Of a stretch of DNA of 34,269 nt, positions 24,002 through 31,967 are shown piece after piece; position 1 is the first letter of the stretch; every line of letters starts with the position of its first letter. A model generated the notes under the pieces. The model did not search any database and was not told the origin of the DNA. It worked only from the letters and a program-made list of their open reading frames with translations. The translations under genes and the position numbers were made by a program. Origin of the DNA: an uncultured Planctomycetales bacterium (GTDB taxonomy: Bacteria > Planctomycetota > Phycisphaerae > UBA1845 > PWPN01); NCBI GenBank assembly GCA_964569525.1, contig CAZMVS010000138.1, positions 1-34,269 on the forward strand, in the 5' to 3' direction.

Positions 24002-24732
24002 TTCCCCTTTCGACGGAACCACGATTTTTTGCGGGGTTGTTGCTTTTCAGTCTGTTGTTGGTTTTGTTGGACTTCTTTAATGATTGTGTGAATATTTTTT
24101 CTTTCCGGTGATAACCGGCGGATGATGCGGACTTGTTTAGCGATTTGTTCATCCAGGGTGGCCAATAAGGTTTCTTCATCGTCCAGTGCGCTTTCCTGGG
24201 TTTGTTCGGCTAAGCTATTTTGTGCTTGTGTATCGGCGATGTGTATTGATGCCATCGCGTTATCTGTGTTATTGGCGATGGGTTTTTGCTGTTCCGCGAA
24301 GGCTGACTCGGTTTGGATGTCATTTGTGTCGGATGAAGCTACTGGCTGGTTGGTGCTGCCCGCGGCATCGCTGTGCTCGGATGACATCTCGCACGATGTC
24401 GCGTTGTCCAAATCTGTGGAAGAATCGCTTTTCGCTTGGACAGTTAGGTCCATGCCTTCCGACGAAGAGGCTGACTCATTCGTTTCGACAATTTGATTTT
24501 CAAAATTATCAGTTTTCGGAGAAGATTTTTGTCGTGCCTTCGCTTTATCGGGCGCATGTTCCAAGTGGCGGATCTGGCGCAATTGCTGGAAGACCCGTTC
24601 CATAGCCGACGTCCAGGTGGATAACTTGTGATCCAAGTCGGCCAAGGCGCTGCCAATCGCCTCGTTTTCAGGCGGAATACAAATGCTCGTGATGTCCGGT
24701 GTCGTGTTATCCATCATTTCAACATAAGGCAT
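23998..24732 (-). CDS. Acidic S/T/D/E/N/Q-rich, predicted disordered protein with short structured ends and a basic tail
   Basis: 244 aa with the C-terminal tail QQPRKKSWFRRKGK. The stop is coupled to the next gene through an ATGA overlap, which supports real translation. No obvious SD upstream. Confidence 0.6.
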   Translation of the reverse strand: MPYVEMMDNTTPDITSICIPPENEAIGSALADLDHKLSTWTSAMERVFQQLRQIRHLEHAPDKAKARQKSSPKTDNFENQIVETNESASSSEGMDLTVQAKSDSSTDLDNATSCEMSSEHSDAAGSTNQPVASSDTNDIQTESAFAEQQKPIANNTDNAMASIHIADTQAQNSLAEQTQESALDDEETLLATLDEQIAKQVRIIRRLSPERKNIHTIIKEVQQNQQQTEKQQPRKKSWFRRKGK

Positions 24733-25082
24733 TTACTTAAACGGGTTCGTTATGATCCGAGCTTTTAGTCAAGGGCCAAGCTTTGAGAATATACAATTTA
24801 TTTGTGGGGTGAAGGCAAATGATTTCCCAAAAATTTACCGACATTCGACATTCATGACCATTTTGGTTCAGCTCATCTCGGATTTCGCATCCGTACGTAG
24901 TCCGTCCCATAAGACGGAACGAGTAAAGCTGAAGAATAACAAGGTTCGATTTGCCTTTGTGTTGATTTAAATCGTAGTTGTGTAAGCGATGCGCCTCCGT
25001 GGAGGGCATTTATTTACCGGACGAACAACGTTAACGGATGCTTAGGATTCGTATAGTACATCAATTACCAAGGGGAAGCAGA

Positions 25083-25517
25083 ATGAACGAATGGCAGGAA
25101 CGTTTCGCCAACAAAATGAATCTAATCCGTGAGCAGTCCGCAGAGCAGTTCAAGCGGTACTCCCAGGACGTTCTTACGCCCGTGTTCCAAAATCTGGCGG
25201 AATTTGTCGCCCAGTGGGACATGCAGGCGACTTCACCGCAGGATCAAAGCGACCGCAGAACTTTCAAGTTTGCCTTGGCTGAAGATTCTTACGTTTTGGT
25301 CGGGTTTCGGCTCCACGGGTTGGAAACGGTCGAGTGTGGTTATGAATGCTGGATTCCCAGTGTAGGCCGACAGACAGGTGGGAACACGCATATTGGTTTG
25401 GACGAAGCGGACCGTGCTTGGGCTGAATCCTGTTTCCAAGCCTGTTTGGATCACTTGGCCAATAAATATGCCGAAAACGGCAGCACCGAGGAATCCGTTG
25501 CCTCGGTAATGGCCTGA
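25083..25517 (+). CDS. Hypothetical protein
   Basis: The ORF begins at ATG 25083 (MNEWQERF...), preceded by AAGGGGA. I recognise no motifs. Confidence 0.5.
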   Translation: MNEWQERFANKMNLIREQSAEQFKRYSQDVLTPVFQNLAEFVAQWDMQATSPQDQSDRRTFKFALAEDSYVLVGFRLHGLETVECGYECWIPSVGRQTGGNTHIGLDEADRAWAESCFQACLDHLANKYAENGSTEESVASVMA

Positions 25518-25714
25518 TATGCCGAGCGCGGCCTGTTCGCAGAAAAGACATAACTTCCGGCTGGTAAACATCGGTAATCATAAGCTGTCGATGTCCCCTG
25601 CGCCCCTTGTCTGCTGAAATCGTTTTGCATGGTTACGCTTATTCGGTATCTTTCAAAAAGACGATTATACTGTGCGCGGTAAAGGTGGGCGCTTGAAAGG
25701 GAAAGGATGGGACA

Positions 25715-26107
25715 ATGAGGAATGGAGCATTTGCAGCGGCGATTAATTGCATGGACGGTAGGGTCATTGAGCCGGTTATGCATTGGATGCGCGAGCAGCT
25801 GGGGGTTGATTATGTAGATATGATAACCGAGGCGGGCCCGGATCTGGTTTTGAATAATGGCAGTCCCCATCAAGTTGAGAATATCAAACGCCGGGTTCTT
25901 GTATCCGTGGACAAGCATCGGGCCCAAACGGTCGCCATTGTCGCTCACCACGATTGTGCCGGTAATCCGGTATCTCTCACAGAACATCTCAAATTAGTGC
26001 AGCAAGGGATGGATGTCATCAGGGATTGGGTGCCCGGTACGCAGATAATAGGTTTGTGGGTAGATAAAGATGGGGTCGTGAAACGTATAGAGGAACTCGA
26101 AGACTGA
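25715..26107 (+). CDS. Small beta-carbonic-anhydrase-like protein (CxDxR ... HxxC zinc motif)
   Basis: 130 aa with AAINCMDGRV and IVAHHDCAGNP, arranged like the beta-CA zinc ligands. GAAAGGATGGGA SD upstream. Confidence 0.55.
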   Translation: MRNGAFAAAINCMDGRVIEPVMHWMREQLGVDYVDMITEAGPDLVLNNGSPHQVENIKRRVLVSVDKHRAQTVAIVAHHDCAGNPVSLTEHLKLVQQGMDVIRDWVPGTQIIGLWVDKDGVVKRIEELED

Positions 26108-26190
26108 TACCATAATCCCATCGATATTTTGCCGGTTGGAGAATTACACCTATGTTTTCGTGGTTGTAGGAAGGAGCTTCGCAGTAATTT

Positions 26191-26958
26191 TTACTGGTTC
26201 GACTCGTTCAGCAGGGCATCGAGTTGATCGCGAAAACGGGCGGCATCCTCGTAGCGCTCCTCTTTCAAAGCGCGGCTGAGTTTACGCTTCAACTTGCGAA
26301 CCGGATCCACGGGTAGGTATTGGCGGATTTCTTTGCGGAGCGTTTTCAAGACTTTTACTTCCCCGCTCATCTTGTAAGCCTTGGGAACACCGAATTTATC
26401 GAAGAAATCCCTGATTAGCCGCAGACCGTTCTCCACGTGTGTCATGGCCGTTCGAAAGGCGCCTTTTTCCAAAGCGATCAAGGCCTTACTGCGGACGTTC
26501 ATCATCACCAGGTAGGGTCGATACTGTTCCATCGCAAGCTGGTCGGTCTCATCAGCGGCGAACTTGACGCAAAAATCAAGTGCGTTTAGATTTCGCTGAG
26601 TGTCGCGAATAACCGCCTCGTAATCTTCCAGAACGAAGTTCGCGAGGTAGCGTTTATAATATTGGACAGCCTCTTCCCGGATAGCCTTGCATTCTTCTAT
26701 TTCAAGGAAAAATCCTAAGTCACTCCCGTTTTTTTCTTTGTAATTTTTAGCCTGTTTCTGATAGTAATCCAGGTAGGACTCGCAATTATGCGGCCGAAGA
26801 CCGTCCGGGCGGCCTTCCATTTCCATTTGCAGAACACCCAGGTCAACCCGCATTTGGATTTTCAATCGGTTGTTGCCACCACGAATTTTACGGACATTGA
26901 TTTGTCCACTTTCGTGGGGCCAGTGTTCGATTATTTTTTGAATATCCCGGGAAGACAT
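26191..26958 (-). CDS. UVR (UvrB/UvrC motif) domain-containing protein
   Basis: 255 aa with a C-terminal LKEERYEDAARFRDQLDALL, the classic UVR motif. Confidence 0.7.
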   Translation of the reverse strand: MSSRDIQKIIEHWPHESGQINVRKIRGGNNRLKIQMRVDLGVLQMEMEGRPDGLRPHNCESYLDYYQKQAKNYKEKNGSDLGFFLEIEECKAIREEAVQYYKRYLANFVLEDYEAVIRDTQRNLNALDFCVKFAADETDQLAMEQYRPYLVMMNVRSKALIALEKGAFRTAMTHVENGLRLIRDFFDKFGVPKAYKMSGEVKVLKTLRKEIRQYLPVDPVRKLKRKLSRALKEERYEDAARFRDQLDALLNESNQ

Positions 26959-27350
26959 AATAGTTTTCTTACCCCCTCCTTGAATTTGGTTCGTAGCCCC
27001 CCTTTAAAGGATTGGGCATTTATAACCCCTCTTAAAATGATAAACCATTACAGGTTGGGTTCCAAGAGCTTATTACCTTCCTTATGGAAAATGTTGACGA
27101 AATTTCTACCCTCTTTTATCGGAGATCAGGGAAAAATTAGCAAGACTATTTTTGGGCCAAAATTTGACATTGGTTCCACAAGTGAACATAGCTTTTTGTG
27201 GCAGAGGGACCTACAAAATAAAAAAAGTTTTTCTCACGCAGAGTAACAAATCGGGGACACTAAGCACGTTTTTGTGCATAAAGTATTTGTTTATGAGTTC
27301 TAGTCTTCTTCAATTCACAGCTCTTGAAGACCTGATGAAAGGAGAGCCTG

Positions 27351-27956
27351 ATGAAAACGAAAACTCTTGTAACTGGTGTATTCACCGTATTTACGATGTT
27401 TTTGGTATATGCTCAGCTGGGGGCGGCCTCCGCAAAGAAGAGCGAACCGGTGGCCAAAGTTGGGGCCGATGCCCCCAACTTCGAATTAAAGGACGTGTAT
27501 GGCAAAATTTTCAAACTGTCAGAATTTCAGGACAAAATTGTCGTTCTGGAATGGCTCAACAAAGACTGCCCCATCAGCAGAGGCGCTCACAAAAAGGAAA
27601 TTATGCAGGAAACTTATAAAAAGTTTGCTGACAAGGACGTTGTCTGGGTGGGTGTCGATACCACTCGGGGGAGAAAACCCGAACAAAACCGCGTATATGC
27701 TGCTCAGATGAAACTTGCTTACCCCATTTTGCATGATAAAAAGGGTAAAGTTGGTCGAATGTACGGAGCCAAGACCACCCCCCACATGTACATAATCGAT
27801 AAAAAAGGCAAACTTGTTTACAACGGGGCTATTGATGATCGAGATAAGACCAATTATGTCGAAGAAGCTCTCAAAGCCCTACTGGCGGAGAAAAAAATCG
27901 CCAAGCCCCGTACCGAACCATACGGGTGTAGTGTCAAGTATCCATCGGCGGAATGA
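27351..27956 (+). CDS. Exported redoxin/AhpC-TSA-type thioredoxin-fold protein
   Basis: 201 aa with a signal peptide (MKTKTLVTGVFTVFTMFLVYAQLGAASA). Also APNFELKDVYGKIFKLSEFQDKIVVLEWLNKDCPIS, and TPHMYIIDKKGKLVYNGAID. AAAGGAGAG SD upstream. Confidence 0.8.
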   Translation: MKTKTLVTGVFTVFTMFLVYAQLGAASAKKSEPVAKVGADAPNFELKDVYGKIFKLSEFQDKIVVLEWLNKDCPISRGAHKKEIMQETYKKFADKDVVWVGVDTTRGRKPEQNRVYAAQMKLAYPILHDKKGKVGRMYGAKTTPHMYIIDKKGKLVYNGAIDDRDKTNYVEEALKALLAEKKIAKPRTEPYGCSVKYPSAE

Positions 27957-28130
27957 TCGCCTTTGTCTTACGAATGGGAACCGAGCAGAGATAGATTGAA
28001 AATAAATAAATTTAGCCTTTCAAAAATTTGAAAATCCAAGCTTTCCTGGTTATTGGTCTTGTGTTAATCTCATCCGAACTGAAATACCTGGACCATCAAA
28101 ATGTAAGAAATCCCAAGAGGTTAAGGAAGC

Positions 28131-29138
28131 ATGCGTCTGGCTTGGAGTGTTCATCTTTATTACATGGTATCGTTGGCAGGCCTGATTCAGCTTGTTGCCA
28201 TTGTGGGATGTCAACACAATCAGTTGAATAAGGCCTGCCCTGAGAGTCCCGCTTATTACCCCGCCTTTGTTTATCCTCCGCATCCGCCGATAGTAGATCG
28301 CCAGAAGTTGGAACAACTGATGGCTCGGTTGGATGGGGAGATAACCATCCTCTGGGTCATGGGACGAGACTGGGAAAAGGTCCGCTCAACAGCTGAGGTT
28401 TTGTCTCGTAATCGCCATGCCGTTCAACAATTTGGAGGCCAAATCATCGGTTTGTACACCGGGCAATCCAGAGATTGGACGCCGCAGGTGGTTCCTGCTC
28501 TCAAATCCGCAGGGGGCAATTTCCCCTGTGCGGTTTTAGCTCCGCCAGCCAAGGCGGGGATGGCGGCCTGGCTGACCGGAGATCCCCGGCAGATTCGGCC
28601 GGGCTTATATGTGGTGGATCGGCTACAGCGAGTTGTTTGTTCCTACCGGCCGGATAGTCAGGCAGTGAAAACCCTTATCGAAGATTTAACCAAAGGCGGG
28701 ATTCTTGAGAAACTTCGCCGACAGGAAGTTTTTTGCATACGTGCTCGATTGATCCGCCTGGCGGATGGGAAAGTGCTCGCGAACGCCGTATCAGAAGCGG
28801 ATAAAACGGATATTTTAGCGAGTGATCTGGCCGGCCAACTGACCGGCGCGGTTTCGAATCCAGGTGTGGTGGCTTTAATACCTTTCCGGCGTATCGGGCA
28901 TGATGGAGGACAATGGCGAGCGATCTGGTCAACATTCGCCATTGAGTTAACTGAACTTTTACAAGCCAATGGTTGGCCTGCGATTGTGGAAGGCCGACCT
29001 GTACAAAAAGTCTTGGCCCAGCGGGGTTTAACTGCCATGAGTGTGGAGTTTGATCCTTCCCGCCTGGCCACTCGAGTATCTTGGCGGGCTATTCTTGTTG
29101 GTTCTATTGAGCAGCGAAAACTGGCAGGCGACCAATGA
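28131..29138 (+). CDS. Lipoprotein, function unknown (the N-terminal part is possibly a thioredoxin-like fold without CxxC)
   Basis: 335 aa with the lipobox LVAIVGC. Confidence 0.55.
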   Translation: MRLAWSVHLYYMVSLAGLIQLVAIVGCQHNQLNKACPESPAYYPAFVYPPHPPIVDRQKLEQLMARLDGEITILWVMGRDWEKVRSTAEVLSRNRHAVQQFGGQIIGLYTGQSRDWTPQVVPALKSAGGNFPCAVLAPPAKAGMAAWLTGDPRQIRPGLYVVDRLQRVVCSYRPDSQAVKTLIEDLTKGGILEKLRRQEVFCIRARLIRLADGKVLANAVSEADKTDILASDLAGQLTGAVSNPGVVALIPFRRIGHDGGQWRAIWSTFAIELTELLQANGWPAIVEGRPVQKVLAQRGLTAMSVEFDPSRLATRVSWRAILVGSIEQRKLAGDQ

Positions 29139-29281
29139 AACCCCCTGATGCACCGAAGGGTGCCTTGGCGTATAATAAGTATCCGGAGGTGGTCACCCCG
29201 GGCGTGACAAGCGATAATGAGGATTAACTTGCCAGCTTGCCGATGGGAAGATACATTGAGAAGCCCAGAAAGGGGTTAAAA

Positions 29282-29932
29282 ATGGAGGAAAAATCAACAA
29301 GAACCATATATGACGTCTGGGCTCATTTTTACGACCTGATTTGGCTGCCCATTGTCCATCGCCGTAGCCGGAAAGCCTTTGAGCATATGGAGCTTCAGCC
29401 GCATGATAAGGTCCTTGATATAGGGATAGGGACAGGTTTGGCCTTGGCGACTTATCCAAGCTACGTCTCGGTCACCGGGGTCGATCTGAGCGAGGGCATG
29501 TTGCAAAAGGCCCGCAAACGGATGCAAGATCAAGGAATGAACTGGGTGCATTTGGCTTTGGCTAACGCCTTGGAACTGCCTTTTGAAGAGAATAGCTTTG
29601 ATCACGTCGTGCTCAGTCACGTGGTGACCGTGGTGAGTGATCCAGTTGAGTTAATTAAGGAAACCCAACGGGTTACCCGCCCCGGAGGCAAGATTGTCAT
29701 CATCAATCACTTCCAATCCAGCAATCGTTTTTTCGCGATGTTGGAAAAATGGATTTGCCCCATTACGGAGCACTTGGGCTGGAAAAGTGATCTGTGTTTG
29801 GACGATCTTATCCGGGATACCGGCCTGGAAGTAGATTATCGATACAAACTGGACCAGGTCGATCTGTTCCAGACGGTTTTCATTACTAATCGGCCGAACG
29901 ATGAGCAGGTCCAGCACGTGGTAGCCGCTTGA
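29282..29932 (+). CDS. Class I SAM-dependent methyltransferase (Methyltransf_11-like)
   Basis: VLDIGIGTGLAL (motif I), LPFEENSFDHVVLSHVV and RPGGKIVIINH. The start is set at ATG 29282 (MEEKSTRTIYDVWAHFYD). Confidence 0.8.
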   Translation: MEEKSTRTIYDVWAHFYDLIWLPIVHRRSRKAFEHMELQPHDKVLDIGIGTGLALATYPSYVSVTGVDLSEGMLQKARKRMQDQGMNWVHLALANALELPFEENSFDHVVLSHVVTVVSDPVELIKETQRVTRPGGKIVIINHFQSSNRFFAMLEKWICPITEHLGWKSDLCLDDLIRDTGLEVDYRYKLDQVDLFQTVFITNRPNDEQVQHVVAA

Positions 29933-29992
29933 ATATCCACAGGTTGACTTTCCTTAAAATTGAGAAAAACACTTTTGCGCAATCTGAAAAGG

Positions 29993-30472
29993 ATGGACAG
30001 TTTCAAAATGTGTAGCCATGGTTTCAAATGGTGGCGCTACGGTGCGCTTTTCTGTGTGCTGGTATTGGCTAGCGGTTGCCACTCTTATAATTGGGTGTTG
30101 GATTATTCGCAGTTTGCCCAAGCGGAACAACGAGCCCGCGAAAAAGATAAACATATGTTTGTCTTTTACAAATGCTGGACAGACGAAGCTTCCAATCGCA
30201 TGCTCGGCAGCGAGGTCCTCTCTGATCCGGATGTTGAATCTTTGTTCCAGGATACGATTAACCTATTGGTGGAAGAGGCTGGTGGGCCGAAATACGTTGC
30301 CTACATGAATAAATACGGCGTTTCCCACTGTCCCGCCAGTGTAATTGTGGCTCCGGACGGTACCTATCAAGTGCGTTCCGGTTTTGTGCCTAAGGAGGAG
30401 TTTGTTGAGTTTGCAAAAAAGACATTAAATGCTTCATCTGCGAAAGACAAGCAACGGGCTAATGAACCTTAA
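29993..30472 (+). CDS. Thioredoxin-fold lipoprotein (Thioredoxin_7/DUF255-like)
   Basis: Lipobox VLASGC, then KHMFVFYKCWTDEASNRM ... CPASVIVAPDGTY. The start is uncertain: TTG 29960, ATG 29993 or ATG 30008. Confidence 0.55.
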   Translation: MDSFKMCSHGFKWWRYGALFCVLVLASGCHSYNWVLDYSQFAQAEQRAREKDKHMFVFYKCWTDEASNRMLGSEVLSDPDVESLFQDTINLLVEEAGGPKYVAYMNKYGVSHCPASVIVAPDGTYQVRSGFVPKEEFVEFAKKTLNASSAKDKQRANEP

Positions 30473-30595
30473 AAGCTGCCCGGAATTAAACCGCCAAGTT
30501 TACATCCCAAACAACACTAAAAGATATGTAAAGGCATAACAAATGGCGTCCGAACGCCCTCGGGTTCTCCGATTGTGACAATGATCGAATGGATT

Positions 30596-31153
30596 TCAAT
30601 CCGCCGGTACCCAGCGACCGTTGGCATTTCGTCGCAGCGACAGATATTTTTGCTCGCGAGGGCGCGTGATTTCCATAGACTGTTGATCAATGTGCAGAAT
30701 GGTCCGTTTACCTTTGCGTAGGGGTAAAAAACCTATGTTGATGCGGATTTGTTTGACGTTCTCGGTTTCCAGTTCCAGGACATTCTGCGATGGAAAGGTC
30801 CCTATCGCGCGGGCGGAACCCTCTTTGATCAACTGCCGAACAGCCAACCACCCCGGCTGTTTGTCTTGCGGATCATTCACGTAAAGTTTGACCGTGTAGG
30901 GCGGACGGGGGTCGAAAGAAGAAGCGGGCTGGGTATCCGTCGGTTTAGGCTTTTCTTCTTCAGTCGGTTGAGTCGCCGGCTGAGACTCCGACGGCGAAGG
31001 CTTCGCCGCTTCTTTTTGTTTCGGCGCGGTAGTTACCGGCTGTGTTTCCATCGGCTGGGGGGGCGGCTCTTTCTTGCAACCTGCAACAGCCACTAAAAAT
31101 ATGGCGGATATAAGCCCCGTGATATATTGCTTGCGACCTGAAAAGGCAGACAT
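30596..31153 (-). CDS. Proline-rich lipoprotein, function unknown
   Basis: 185 aa with the lipobox LVAVAGC, followed by a P/T/E/K-rich linker and a C-terminal domain of about 100 aa. Confidence 0.6.
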   Translation of the reverse strand: MSAFSGRKQYITGLISAIFLVAVAGCKKEPPPQPMETQPVTTAPKQKEAAKPSPSESQPATQPTEEEKPKPTDTQPASSFDPRPPYTVKLYVNDPQDKQPGWLAVRQLIKEGSARAIGTFPSQNVLELETENVKQIRINIGFLPLRKGKRTILHIDQQSMEITRPREQKYLSLRRNANGRWVPAD

Positions 31154-31319
31154 GTTTGCCTCCCGATTGTTTAATTTGAAGTGTCTTCCTACTAATTATA
31201 ATAAACTTCCTGCGTTTAAGTTGCGAGTTTATACATCTGCTTGCGTAAAAATGGTGATTTTGCTACGGTCGGTACTTACAGAGGCAATACCCGACTTGAC
31301 CGAATGGGAGACGAATATA

Positions 31320-31865
31320 ATGGATAAAAATCGACTAAAGACCCGCAGCACGACCATATTGGCTGTTCGCCGCGAAGGCCAGGTGGCCATGGGCGGGGAT
31401 GGTCAGGTGACCTTGGGGCAAACGGCGGTTAAGCACGACACGAATAAAATTCGACGCCTGTGTGAAGGGAAAGTGCTCTGCGGCTTCGCTGGGACTGCTG
31501 CAGATGCTTTCGCCCTCTTGGATCGTTTCGACGATCGCCTGCAACAGTATAAAGGGAATATGCGCCGGGCGGCCATTGAGCTAGCCAAGGATTGGCGGAC
31601 CGACAAGGTCTTGCGCCGATTGGAATCTCTGTTAGCGGCCGTTGATACGGAAGCCTCCTTGATCATCGGCGGTAACGGTGATGTCATCGAGTGTACCGAT
31701 GGTATTATTGGGATTGGTTCAGGAGGTATGTACGCGACTGCTGCCGCCCGAGTCTTGTTGAAACATTCGCAATTATCGGCCGCCGAAATTGTGAGGGAAT
31801 CCTTGCTGGTGACGGCGGATATCTGTATCTATACCAACAACAATTTGACGGTGGAAAGTTTGTAA
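31320..31865 (+). CDS. hslV: ATP-dependent protease subunit HslV
   Basis: MDKNRLKTRSTTILAVRREGQVAMGGDGQVTLG...GFAGTAADAF...GSGG. The start is ATG 31320 with a GGGAGA SD; the track's longer ORF from 31074 overlaps the divergent lipoprotein gene. Confidence 0.9.
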   Translation: MDKNRLKTRSTTILAVRREGQVAMGGDGQVTLGQTAVKHDTNKIRRLCEGKVLCGFAGTAADAFALLDRFDDRLQQYKGNMRRAAIELAKDWRTDKVLRRLESLLAAVDTEASLIIGGNGDVIECTDGIIGIGSGGMYATAAARVLLKHSQLSAAEIVRESLLVTADICIYTNNNLTVESL

Positions 31866-31967
31866 TATTTTCTACCTTTACCAGCATAACAACCTGAAAA
31901 AAGCTTGGTGAATGTGTAAGCTATTTGACCTTTTTAATATTGGGAACAAAAACCGAAAGCTAAAAAG

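Noticed and set aside
24935-24960. tRNA-like T-loop string (aaggttcgatttgcc)
   Set aside because: The flanking bases do not form a T-stem, and no acceptor or anticodon arms can be drawn.
24737-25009. ORFs 24737..25009(-) and 24752..24970(+) in the gap between the GTPase operon and the 25083 gene
   Set aside because: The region is an AT-rich divergent promoter. The two ORFs overlap each other and have no SD or motifs.
28658-29071. 137-aa and 86-aa minus-strand ORFs inside the 28131..29138 gene
   Set aside because: They are shadow ORFs with Arg/Ser/Pro-rich composition and no SD. The plus-strand frame has a lipoprotein signal and is longer.
31074-31319. Long N-terminal extension of the hslV ORF (track start 31074)
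   Set aside because: It overlaps the start of the divergent lipoprotein gene and its promoter region and has no similarity to HslV. ATG 31320 has an SD.
31280-31319. Apparent TTGACC ... TATAAT promoter immediately before the hslV ATG
   Set aside because: The spacer is only 14 nt, and the TATAAT abuts the start codon, which would remove the SD from the transcript. It is probably coincidental.
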